A stretch of 64,000 nt of DNA from Macrostomum lignano. Its lineage: Eukaryota. Position 1 is the stretch's first letter, and each line of letters starts with the position of its first letter. The notes under the pieces were generated by a model. The model was not told the origin of the DNA. It made no database searches and saw only the letters and a program-made list of their open reading frames with translations. Of this stretch, positions 12,201-23,110 are shown piece by piece. A program made the translations under genes and the position numbers. Location of the stretch: positions 62,001-126,000 of the forward strand of contig NIVC01000615.1 of the NCBI GenBank assembly GCA_002269645.1, in the 5' to 3' direction.

Positions 12201-15200
12201 CCGCCGGTAGAAACTTCTCCATCGCCAGGAATGGCGGCTCCGGCGGTAGCAACTTGCAGTTGCGCTTAGACGATCCAAAGACGGCTAAATATGTGCTGCA
12301 GTACTGCGCCCAGTTGCACGCTTTCTACATCAACTATTGTGCTAGGGTTGTGACACCTCCGCAACAGCAGCAGCAAACTGCCACACCAATAACTCCAACT
12401 GGCATTGTAGCCACAGCTGTACCTGTTGTTGTCACCTCGGCAACTGACGACCAGGCCATTGCTACTGCAACCGTAGATAGTACTACGCCAACTAATACCT
12501 TCGCTAATAGTAATCATAAGCATAATAGTCAGGCTATGACAGTCTCTAATGGCAACAATCAAAGCGATTATAATACTTCGTCTTGGCAACAACAGCAGCA
12601 GCAACAGCAGAAGCCGATGCATATACGTTTGCCATCGTATCGTAAAGCTGCAGACTATGCGGCTTTGATTCGTCAGCGGGAACAGCAACAACAGCAGCAG
12701 CAGCAGCCAGTCGTAGCCACAGCAGATCTGGAGCCGCCGCCAAAATATCCGGTGTCCATTGCTGCAGCCAATGCCGCTGTTGCCGCGGCAACCGGAGGCG
12801 GCTCAACAACAACGCCAGGGGCCGCCGATTTTGATTTGGAATGTCCGGCTAGTAAAACTGTTAGAAACTACCTGCACTCGCTTGAAAGCGACGGGCTATT
12901 GTTAGATAAGCCGCAGCCTCCTCAGGAGCAGCAGAATCTTGCAAATATGCTGCTTTCAAAGCAACAACAACAGCAGCAGCAACAGATTATGACCGAATCT
13001 GGTGATTATGACCAGCCGCAATTCTTGATTACTCAACAGCATCATCAACAGCCAGCATTTCCTTTGTCAACTATTGAAGCTGATGATTGTTACGACGAGC
13101 GGGATTATTATCCTCAGCAGCAGCAGCATCATCATCTTTATCAGCATCATATTTATGATAATTTGCCGCAACCGGATCTGCTTCTTGCTAGCGGTGTTGG
13201 CGCTCCAATTGGCGTTGGCGCTGTTAATAAAAATGTCACCTGCAGTACCCCGGATCTGCATCATTTGCTTAGCGTGTTGGATAAGGTAACTTACAAAGGG
13301 CCCGCGATAAAAACTTTAACGTTTTGGATCGTTTAGAATGACCTTGACCTAACGGGTCATTTAAGGTCAATTTGGTAATTTAAAGTCGCAATGATCTATG
13401 GGGTCATTGAAGGTCACATTGATCTAGTGGATCATTGAAGGTCACCTTGATTTGTCGGGTCAACTGACGTCACTTTGTGCTTCTGGTCATCAGAGATGAC
13501 ATCTAGATAGGGGTCAAGGTCACAGTAGGCTATTTTTATGTTAAATGACGTCACCTTATAAGCAACCCCCCCCCGATTCCCAGGGCGAGACTCAGCTGGC
13601 TCATCGTCTGGTCCGCGACTTCCAGCAGACCTCGGCAGCAGCCGCTGCGGCCGCCAACGCCTCGTCGTCAACTGGCGTTGCCGTGCCAACCAGCCTCAGT
13701 CATCATCACAGCACGCCGAATCTGCACAACCCAACATCCGCTCCAACCAATGCTAAACTGCCCCTGATAGCGGTGGAAGCTGCCGCTGTCAGAGAGCCGC
13801 CAGCTCCGGCCTACTCAGCCAGCCGTTGCTACGAGAATCTGAGACCTCGACCGTCGTCAAATCGACTACCGGCTAAGCCGCCAGCCGCTCTGGCTTTGAC
13901 CAGTTCGAATAGTTTGAATAATAGCCGGCAACAGTTTAATGACTCCGCTGGCAATAAAACTCTTCACCAAGCTCAACCGATCCCTGCGTCGCGTTCCCGC
14001 TCCCTGTCTTGCTCGTCAGAATCTTCTGCCTCATCATCGAGCTCTTCATCTTCCTCTGCATCGTCGGCTGTGATTGACATCGCCTCCGCTGCCGCCATTG
14101 AAGCTGACGCCGCTGAAGGCTCCATCGGTACGGAATCCTTTCAAAGCGACGATGTACACGAACAGCAGCAGTATCTGGACGAGTTGGACAATGATATTGC
14201 TGTCCAGGGTGGCGGAGGATATTCGAGAACTTCATCATCTGATGGGGCTTGTTCGGTTGGCGAGGTGCCCATTAATAGCTCTGTGAGTGGCTGGGTTCAA
14301 TAACTTATTGCTTGATCCATGTCAATTCATGCCATCTTATTTTGAATCTATGTCATGAAAATTTCAATTTATCCCAGTTTTTAATCCAATTAGTCCCCAT
14401 CATCAGATCCAAAATCCCCATCATTATCAGATCCCAAATTCCCATCATCAGATCCCAAATTCCCATCATCGTTAGATCACAAATCCGCATCATTATCAGA
14501 TCCCAAATCCCCATCATTTTCAGATCCCTAATCCCCATCATTATCAGATCCCGAATTCCCATCATCATATCCCAATATCCATCACCAGATCCCAAATCCC
14601 CATCACCAGATCCCTAATCCCCATCACCAGATCCCGAATCCCCATCATCGGATCCCGAATCCCCATCATCAGATCCCGAATTCCCATCATCGGATCCCGA
14701 ATCCCCATCATCAGATCCCGAATTCCCATCATCAGATCCCGAATCCTCATCATCAGATCCCGAATCCCCATCATCGGATCCCGAATCCCCATCATCGGAT
14801 CCCGAATCCCCATCATCAGATCCCGAATCCCCATCATTGGATCCCGAATCCCCATCATCGGATCCCGAATCCCCATCATCAGATCCCGAATCCTCATCAC
14901 CAGATCCCGAATCCCCATCATCGGATCCCGAATCCCCATCATCAGATCCCGAATCCCCATCATCAGATCCCGAATCCTCATCATCAGATCCCGAATCCCC
15001 ATCATCAGATCCCGAATCCCCATCATCAGATCCCGAATTCCCATCATCAGATCCCGAATCCTCATCATCAGATCCCGAATCCCCATCATCGGATCCCGAA
15101 TCCCCATCATCAGATCCCGAATCCCCATCATTGGATCCCGAATCCCCATCATCGGATCCCGAATCCCCATCATCAGATCCCGAATCCCCATCATCAGATC

Positions 15201-17990
15201 CCGAATTCCCATCATCGGATCCCGAATCCCCATCATCAGATCCCGAATCCCCATCATCAGATCCCGAATCCCCATCATCAGATCCCGAATCCCCATCATC
15301 AGATCCCGAATCCCCATCATCGGATCCTGAATTCGCTCCTCCTGTTTAGTTCTCAAAAGTTTCTCATTTGTTTTATCCACAATATAATCGCCACTCATTT
15401 CTTGACAGCTCAACGTGAAACCATCTCTGACCGTGAGCACAGCCAATCTGCTCTGGGAACAAAGCGAACTGTCAATCAACTATATGCCTCGAGACGAAAG
15501 GGTATGCTAATTGCATTTTTAACCTATTATATTGCTAAAGATTTAATTCTTCTAAAGCCATAAAATTATTGTATTTAAATCACTAATCCGAATTAGCCCT
15601 AATCCCAATTTTTACCGTCCTTAATCCCAAATCCCTATCATTGCAGTCCTTAATTCCAAATCCTAATCATTCCAATCCCTTAATTCCAAATCCCAATCAT
15701 TCCAGTCCCTTAATCCCAAATCCTGATTATTACAGTCATTGATCCCAACTCCTAATTATTACAGTCATTGATCCCAAATCCTGATTATTACAGTCATTGA
15801 TCACAAATCCTGATTATTACAGTCATTGATCCCAAATCCTATTTATTACAGTTATTAATCCCAAATCCTATTTATTACAGTTATTAATCCCAAATCCTAT
15901 TTATTACAGTTATTAATCCCAAATCCTATTTATTACAGTTATTAATCCCAAATCCCTATCATTCCAGTCCCTAATCCCAAATCCCTAGCATTCCAATCCT
16001 TAATTCCAAATCCCTATCATTCCAATCCTTAATCACAAATCCCTATCATTCCAATCCTTAATCCTAAATCCCAATCATTGCAGTCCTTAATCCCAACTCC
16101 CAATGACCGAATTCTCAATCCTTATGTTCTATCCGTAATCCCTAGTTTAAATCCCCAATTAAAAATCCCGCAGCGCCAGCAGCTGGAGGAGCACCGATCA
16201 ACCGTAGACTTGGCTGCAGAATTCCACCAGATCGAGACCCGGTCCAGCCGAGCCCAATGCCTGGTTGCTAAGCGACCACACAACGCCGTTCGCAACCGTT
16301 GCCAAGACGCTGTACCGTACGATCACAACCGGTTCGCGCTGTCAGGCACTGCCGATAACCCGGACGGTTACTACAACGCTTCCCAGGTGGAAGTGGCCTC
16401 CAACATAATCGGAGCGGATGCGCCATTATTCATAGCCGCCGAATCGCCGCGTCAGGATACGCGCGCCGATTTCTGGCGCCTAGCCTGGGAATCCGGCGCC
16501 AGAATCGTGGCCCAACTGTGCGGCCAAAATGAAACCGCTCGCTACCATCCCGGCATTGAGAAGCCGACGCCTGGCGAAAAGCTGATCTGCGATGGAGCCT
16601 ACGAAGTTCAATTAGTGAATTCCACTACATCTCCGGATACGGACTATTCTATTGCCACTCTGGCAATTAGGGAGCTGGCCACTGGTCGGGCCCGAACCGT
16701 CTGGCTGTTTGTCTATCCGATTTGGACGCCTTGCCTGGTGCCGGCCAGCGCTTCACAGTTTCTTAGTGAGTTTCCCAGTGATGGGAATTCTCCCGTGAGA
16801 TTCCGATATCAATGATGGAATTCTTTCTTGAGATTCCGATATCAATGATGGAAATTCTCCCTTGAGATTCCGATATCAATGATGGAAATTCTCCCTTGAG
16901 ATTCCGATATCAATGATGGGAATTCCACACTTGAGATTCCGATATCAATGATGGGAATTCCACACTTGAGATTCCTCTATCAATGATGGGAATTCCACAC
17001 TTGAGATTCCTCTATCAATGATGGGAATTCCACACTTGAGATTCCTCTATTAATTATGAGAATTCCACACTTGAGATTCCTCTATCAATTATGGGAATTC
17101 CCCGCTTGAGATTCCGCTATCAATGTTGGGAACTCCCTTCTTGAGATTCCTTTATCAATCAATGATGGGAATTCCACACTTGAGATTCCTCTATCAATGA
17201 TGGGAATTCCACACTTGAGATTCCTCTATCAATTATGGGAATTCCACACTTGAGATTCCTCTATTAATTATGGGAATTCCACACTTACAACAAGATTCCT
17301 CTATCAAAGATGGGAATTCCACACTTGAGATTCCTCTATCAATGATGGGAATTCTCCACTTGAGATTCCGCTATTAATGATGAGAATTACCGGTGCTTAT
17401 TCCGCTATAAATCATGGGAATTCCCTTTTGAGATTCTGCTATCAATGACGGGAATTCCCTCTTCGCTATCAATGACGGGAATTTTCCCTTTAAATCCCGC
17501 TATCAATGATGGGAATTCCCCGTTGAGATCTGGCTAGTAATATGGGAATTCCCCCTTAATAGTAATTATGGGAATCCTCGCTCTGAGATTTTGCTATCGA
17601 TGATGGGATTTTGTAGAAATTCTCTCTGCGAGTTGGATAGGAATTCGATTTCCCTCATGAGATCGCGATAAATCGGTAACTAAAATTCCACTTTTTCTAT
17701 TTGCAGTGTTCCTCGACGAGGTGGACTCGCTCCGCCGCCTACTCCAATCCGAGGACTCCGGCAGTCGGCAGACGGTGCTGCTGCACTGCCCAGACGGTTC
17801 AGGACGCACAGGCCTGGCCATCTGTCTGCTGGTGTACAAGGCCTGTCTGCAGCACAACCAGTCCGTCAGTCTGTCAACCGTGCTCTGCTCGTTGCGCGGC
17901 CAGCGAATGAGTCTGGTGCAATCCTTGCAACAATACGAGTTCGTCTACGACGCCCTGATTCGCTCGTTGGATTCTACGCGACTTATTTAA
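3224..17990 (+). CDS. PTPN14: FERM-domain non-receptor protein tyrosine phosphatase, Pez/PTPN14/PTPN21 family, 7 exons, 1181 aa; PTP domain probably catalytically impaired
   Basis: Exons 3224-3567, 11224-11557, 12086-13285, 13584-14282, 15409-15501, 16174-16765, 17707-17990. All introns are GT-AG with matching phases; total 3546 nt is divisible by 3. N-terminus MPGFRLKFQRKHRYDISAKG resembles PTPN14 MPFGLKLRRTRRYNVLSK. FERM lobes lie in exons 1-3; the linker has PPKY, LPSYR and STPDL; the PTP domain has NRxxD..PYDHNR, YYNAS, DFWRLAWE, HCxxGxGRTG, QRMSLVQSLQQYEFVY and ends in TRLI. PTPN14 vs PTPN21 cannot be distinguished here. Confidence 0.9.
3605..4075. repeat. Intronic minisatellite, 31-bp unit with 27-bp deletion variants (PTP intron 1)
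   Basis: CCACCAGCCTCCCAGATCCTCAGTTGCTGGG tandem copies beginning ~40 nt after the exon 1 donor. Confidence 0.95.
4896..6208 (-). mobile_element. Mariner (DD34D) DNA transposon, inactivated
   Basis: Transposase split over 6114-5761, 5792-5337 and 5246-4974 by one frameshift (~5780) and two in-frame TAA stops. Motifs WLPHQL, TGDETW, HHDNA and YSPDLAPCD are present, with exactly 34 residues between the 2nd and 3rd catalytic D. 25-bp inverted repeat TGCTCAATAAGTTTCCGGAAAAACA at 4896-4920 and 6178-6202; the right end continues CCCTCG plus TA (6209-6210). Confidence 0.95.
6327..6598. mobile_element. MITE-like element, 272 bp, 25-bp TIRs, TA target duplication
   Basis: CTTAGCAACATTGAAAAGTCGCCAC (6327-6351) vs GTGGCGACTTTTCAATGTTGCTGAG (6574-6598), one mismatch. 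Flanked by TA at 6325-6326 and 6599-6600; no coding capacity. Confidence 0.75.
7600..8095 (-). mobile_element. Decayed 3' fragment of an RTE-like non-LTR retrotransposon ORF
   Basis: Minus-strand translation RLQRAAKAWRGVKNMLHRTRLTKRTQATIVEACIKSTLLF... then, after a shift and stops, ...MWDVLDDLNIRSIGHKIEAAH*KQMRHVLYLPDSSLAKACIL. This resembles the post-RT region of RTE-clade LINEs. Pattern recognition only. Confidence 0.55.
8930..9884 (-). pseudogene. Decayed DUF4806-like protein gene or transposon accessory ORF nested antisense in PTP intron 1
   Basis: ORF 9300-9016 contains YLNRLAGDSDKELVRRILRALFTDEVLTRCNR..RKIKI, matching the L..IGG....+RRIL..LFT.E+....N..G..K pattern of DUF4806. Upstream coiled-coil-like KVLTLERKLESFNDR and downstream VKVVEEAIVAAL* lie in other frames. 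Confidence 0.45.
10201..10970. mobile_element. Putative solo LTR (770 bp)
   Basis: Begins TGTAGTG (10201) and ends CACTACA (10970), a perfect 7-bp terminal inverted repeat with TG...CA ends. Flanks GAAC / GAAG are a possible 4-bp TSD with one mismatch. Three CCAAT boxes (10715-10862) and a minus-strand AATAAA near 10561. Confidence 0.55.
11603..12010. repeat. Intronic minisatellite, ~37-bp unit (PTP intron 2)
   Basis: TTAATCCTGTCTCTCAGATCCCCTTAGATTAGGATTC units; period 37 (11821, 11858). Confidence 0.9.
14393..15330. repeat. Intronic minisatellite, 21-bp unit (PTP intron 4)
   Basis: GATCCCGAATCCCCATCATCA tandem copies; source of the spurious DPESPSS and MMGIRDL ORFs. Confidence 0.97.
15590..16160. 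repeat. Degenerate ~28-29-bp minisatellite (PTP intron 5)
   Basis: AATCCCAAATCCTATTTATTACAGTTATT-like units running almost to the acceptor at 16173. Confidence 0.85.
16775..17580. repeat. Intronic minisatellite, 35-bp unit (PTP intron 6)
   Basis: GATGGGAATTCCACACTTGAGATTCCTCTATCAAT units starting ~10 nt after the donor. Confidence 0.93.
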
Positions 17991-18869
17991 ACATTTCCTT
18001 TATTTAAAACTACTGTTTGCTAGTTGCGTAGTCAGTAGTATCAAAAGAATGTATCGTTGCCTTAATAAGTATGCCATTGATTGTCACTTTAATCAGCTTT
18101 AGTCTTTCTCTTATTGTTGTCGGTTTCACTTTATTATAACAATTTTTATTGCTCGTTTGTTTGTTTGTTTATTCTGTCACTGACAATCTGGCTGGACCAA
18201 ATTTGAGATGCGTTTTATTTAAACTTGTCACGCAAAGATGTTTTTCGATACATATCGGTTAGTCTACAAAAATTTCAAAAATATTGTAGCGCCTTCGCTC
18301 AGTAATATATCAAAGCTATTTTTTATTAATAATTAATAATCTGTTCTATTTTTTACTTGGCGATCTCGAACCTATCTGTACCATCTCATTCGCTCTCTAT
18401 AAATATCCCTTCAATATATATTATTTATAACAAATTTTATATATCATTAAGTCCCCCCGTCACTCACTTTTGCTATTTGAAATTGGCATTTATGAATGCG
18501 TATCATTGTATGCTGTAAAATTTCTAATTTAGATAGTTTCAGTTGGGTTGCCCATTTGCAATTGTGCAGACACTGACAGTAAGTAGACTATATAAGTAGT
18601 GTGTTAGAATATTGTCGTTAAAATTTGTTATATTCGTTTATTATTCTCTACTAACAAGCCGCTGCTAGTACTTAAATTTTTTAATGCGGCTCTTTATTTG
18701 CCTTCTCTTGTCACTGTTGCTCCCTTTTACTTACTGTTTTTTCTTTGAATGCGGTGGCTTTTCCTTGCTTAAAACAGTTGAGTTGTCCTCAATTTAGGAC
18801 AAGTCTCCCTTGTCAAACAGATTTGTTTCTTTAATATCTTTCTGTCTGCCTCTTTCTAAAGCACCGTTT

Positions 18870-19115
18870 CTTTTGTGGCGCCTCCCCTGACTCACCTGTG
18901 GCGCCTCCCCTGACTCACCTGTGGCGCTTTCCCTGACTAACCTGTGACGCCTCGCCTGACTCACATTTTGCGCCTCCCCTGACTCACCTGAGGCGCCTCC
19001 CCTGACTCACCTGAGGCGCCTCCCCTGACTCACCTGAGGCGCCTCCCCTGACTCACCTGTGGCGCTTTTCCTGACCCATATTTGGCGCCTCCCTTGACTC
19101 ACCTGTGGCGCCTCC
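18870..19115. repeat. 23-bp minisatellite downstream of the PTP stop codon
   Basis: GTGGCGCCTCCCCTGACTCACCT, about 10 copies. Confidence 0.92.
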
Positions 19116-19784
19116 CTGAGCGTCTAATCCCATTTTAACCTCTGAGCTCCCACCAAAAGGTATCTATGTATTCTAAACTGGGTTTCAATAATCCAAAAGC
19201 TATCCTAGTTGTCTTTTAGTTTTCCCTACTTGACTCCTCAAGCTGTCTATCAGACTGAAAGTTTTAATTGGTTAAGAAGCTTCTTCTTTAATCATTCATC
19301 ACAAAAACTTGTTCTATTGCTCTGCAATTTGAAAACTATTTCTCACCTCTATTAGAATCGGCGCGTTTTATTTTTTAATTTTAACTGCGGATTTCACCTG
19401 TAAATGAAATGTGTTTTCCTAAGTGTACCACTTTGAAAACTGTGTTCCCTTTTATGTACTCGATGTATTGTTTATTATTCAATAAAATGTATTCGCTTTA
19501 ATTCTAATGGAGAGTGTATTATACAGCACATATTAAATAGAGGCTCTCTCACTATTGCAATCTACTTGTGAACTGCTATCTGCACAGTTGTAAATGTTTT
19601 TCAAATATTGCTGTTGAGTCTTTCTTCTAACCGTTTGGACATGGGGATGACCATTTCATGACGTATTTATGACCACTTTGATACATCCATGATTAACTTG
19701 TGGGGGGCGTGACCACATCAATTTTAACCGTTTTACCAAATCGATTACCACTTCGGTACACATTCGGTACACCAACTTTGAGAT

Positions 19785-20450
19785 ATATGAATTACCACTT
19801 TAAGACACATGCATGACCATTTTAAGACACCTTAATGACCACTCTAAGGCACCTTAATGACCACTTTAAGACACATGCATGACCACTTTAAGACACCTTA
19901 ATGACCACTCTAAGGCACCTTAATGACCACTTTAAGACACATGCATGACCACTTTAAGACACATTAATGACCACTCTAAGGCACCTTAATGACCACTTTA
20001 AGACACATGCATGACCACTTTAAGACACCTTAATGACCACTCTAAGGCACCTTAATGACCACTTTAAGACACATGCATGACCATTTTAAGACACATTAAT
20101 GACCACTCTAAGGCACCTTAATGACCACTTTAAGACACATGCATGACCACTTTAAGACACCTTAATGACCACTCTAAGGCACCTTAATGACCACTTTAAG
20201 ACACATGCATGACCACTTTAAGACACATTAATGACCACTCTAAGGCACCTTAATGACCACTTTAAGACACATGCATGACCATTTTAAGACACATTAATGA
20301 CCACTCTAAGGCACCTTAATGACCACTTTAAGACACATGCATGACCACTTTAAGACACATTAATGACCCCTTTAAGACACACGAATGACCTCTTTAGGAC
20401 ACATTAATGACCACTTTAGAACACATTAATGACCACTTTAGGACACATTA
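19785..20450. repeat. 22-bp minisatellite with 66-bp (3-mer) higher-order structure
   Basis: ATGACCACTTTAAGACACCTTA / ATGACCACTCTAAGGCACCTTA / ATGACCACTTTAAGACACATGC; period 66 (19871, 19937). Confidence 0.93.
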
Positions 20451-20616
20451 ATGACCGCTTTTGTCAGTTTCGTTCTCTCGTTCTCGTTCCCTCCCTCTCC
20501 CTCTCATGCATGGCTTTCAACTGTATGTATCAGTTATTGTGTCAGAGGCACATACATGTAGGAAGCCGTCCATTAAATTTTTATGTGTGCATTTTTGTTT
20601 CGGAACCTCTATTTAG

Positions 20617-21985
20617 TTGGAGAGGAGAGAATTGCTATTAGATCTGCTTTTGAGTTAAGTTGGAAATGGCGCAGAATTCGGTCTGATTGGCTGTTTCCGG
20701 GACAGCAAAACTCGAGACCTCTCCGGTTTAGTTGGCAAGTCCAATATCGGGCCCTACTCTGTGCTCGGTTCTAATCGTGTCGTCAATGCTTTTGCGGAAA
20801 CTCTTATGGTCGCTTCGGAGCTGGCACTGGCTGCAACAAGACCTGCGCAGGCAATGCTGCCCAGATCTGCGGAGGGCATTGGCGGAATGCTGTGTACCGG
20901 CAGGTCTACGTTCGTCCAGGTGGGTTTAACGGAATTCAGAATGTTCCTGTCTACGTGTAACTTGATTTGTTACAGAAGTTCCTGCTCGCACATGCACCAA
21001 GGACTACTCGAGTAGAAGGACGGGAAACTAATGCCGGTTTTTTCGAAAAAAATACACCATACGGAGATTGGCAGTTCCCAAAAAATGTTCAAAGTCGTTC
21101 AGAAATTAGGATTCCATACCAAAAAATCATAAAAATGCATGGCACAGTTCGACTCTTTTGTTTCCTATTTAATCGATTTTATCATCCCTGTTACACATAA
21201 ATGTATTAGATATGTGTAATCTTAGGATAGACATGGATAACTCATTATCTCCGGCGGAGATAAGGCGTTATATTCAGGTCGCACATGCCGTGGATTACAT
21301 ACAAAGAATCGCCTGATACTAGGAGATGAGCCATAGACAGTATCTCCTCGCTTCGCACATGCCGTGGATTACATACAAAGAATCGCCTGATACTAGGAGA
21401 TGAGCCATAGACAGTATCTCCTCGCTTCGCACATGCCGTGGATTACATACAAAGAATCGCCTGATACTAGGAGATGAGCCATAGACAGTATCTCCTCGCT
21501 TCGCACATGCCGTGGATTACATACAAAGAATCGCCTGATACTAGGAGATGAGCCATAGACAGTATCTCCTCGCTTCGCACATGCCGTGGATTACATACAA
21601 AGAATCGCCTGATACTAGGAGATGAGCCATAGACTATGTTGTTTGGCTCATCTCCTAGTATCAGGCGATTCTTGTTTATATCTGGATCATGACATAGGGA
21701 TGTTGCTGAACCTGTGCTTCAGTTCCTGATTCACTACTCTTGACCTTTTCAGTCAGCAGCGATTTCATTCGGACTGACCGAGTCTACCTGAAAGTGACCT
21801 CCACCAGCGGGCCCTTCTATAGCACGGTGCAGCCCGTCAGAAGCTTACTAGCCGAGTGCCTGGTTCACTGTGGCGCTGACTGCCAGGCCATGCTGCTGCA
21901 TCTGAACGTCTGCCACCTGCTGAGATTCCCCGTTCTGCCGCACGAGCTCAAGGCCGAAACTGGCAACTTTTTTGTTCGCGTGTGA
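20617..21985 (+). pseudogene. Disrupted secreted protein gene: WSC domain exon plus PAN/apple-like exon
   Basis: Frame 1 reads LLLDLLLS*VGNGAEFGLIGCFRDSKTRDLSGL (TAA at 20656-20658). From 20781 a different frame reads RQCFCGNSYGRFGAGTGCNKTCAGNAAQICGGHWRNAVY, the C-terminal half of a WSC domain. A phase-1 donor after 20919 joins the phase-1 acceptor at 21753 to ...ECLVHCGADCQAMLLHLNVCHLL...FFVRV* (ends 21985). Confidence 0.7.
21280..21673. repeat. 74-bp tandem array (4 full copies plus 1 partial) ending in a perfect 30-bp inverted repeat
   Basis: Units start at 21280, 21354, 21428, 21502 and 21576. Arm 21600-21629 is the exact reverse complement of 21644-21673, with a 14-nt loop. Confidence 0.95.
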
Positions 21986-22044
21986 GCTACCGGATACGAA
22001 ATTTAAGCGTTTGAAGTATCGAAAATATTTATTAAACACCTTAA

Positions 22045-23110
22045 ACACCATCTTATTGAAAACTCTGAAGATCTTTGTTTTAACTGTGTGATTCAACACC
22101 ATTTTATTTAGAACTCTCGTAACCCTTCTTTAACGGTGTGATTAAACACTATCCTATTTAAACCTCTGAAAAACCTTGTTTAATTGTGTGATTCAACACC
22201 ATCTTATTGAAAACTCTTGTGAACCTTGTTTAACTCTGTGATTAAACACCATCTTTTTGAAAACTACGGTAAACCTTGTTTAACTGTGTGATTAAACACC
22301 ATCTTATTGAAAACTCTTGTGAGCCGTGTTTAACTCTTTGATTAAACACCATCTTATTGAAACTCTTGTGAACCTTGTTTAACTGTGTGATTAAACACCA
22401 TCTTATTGAAAACTCTTGTGAACCTTGTTTAACTCTTTGATTAAACACCATCTTATTGAAAACTCTTGTGAACCTTGTTTAACTCTGTGATTAAACACCA
22501 TCTTATTGAAAACTCTTGTGAACCTTGTTTAACTCTGTGATTAAACACCATCTTTTTGAAAACTACGGTAAACCTTGTTTCACTCTGTTATTAAACACCA
22601 TCTTATTGAAAACTCTGGTAAACCTTGTTTGACTCCGTGATTTAAAACACCATCTTATTGAAAACTCTGGTAAACCTTGTTTGACTCCGTGATTTAAAAC
22701 ACCATCTTATTGAAAACTCTGGTAAACCTTGTTTGACTCCGTGATTTAAAACACCGTCTTATTGAAAACTCTGGTAAACCTTGTTTGACTCCGTGATTTA
22801 AAACACCATCTTATTAAAAACTCTGGTAAACCTTGTTTGACTCCGTGATTTAAAACACCATCTTATTGAAAACTCTGGTAAACCTTGTTTGACTCCGTGA
22901 TTTAAAACACCATCTTATTGAAAACTCTGGTAAACCTTGTTTGACTCCGTGATTTAAAACACCATCTTATTGAAAACTCTGGTAAACCTTGTTTGACTCC
23001 GTGATTTAAAACACTATTTTATTGAAAACTGTGGTAAAACGTGTTTAATTCCGTGATTTTAAACACCATCTTTTTGAAAACTCTGGTAATTCTTGGTTAA
23101 CTCCACGATT
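22045..23110. repeat. 50-51-bp minisatellite
   Basis: TTAAACACCATCTTATTGAAAACTCTTGTGAACCTTGTTTAACTCTGTGA; starts at 22391, 22441, 22491; a 51-bp variant follows. Confidence 0.93.

Noticed and set aside
14312-15479. DPESPSS and MMGIRDL repeat ORFs (170 and 304 aa)
   Set aside because: The 21-bp unit is a multiple of 3 without stops and lies within PTP intron 4; exon 4 joins exon 5 in phase without it. Inclusion as an exon is unsupported.
21280-21635. CRISPR-like appearance of the 74-bp array
   Set aside because: Units are contiguous and identical with no unique spacers; no cas genes; eukaryotic context.
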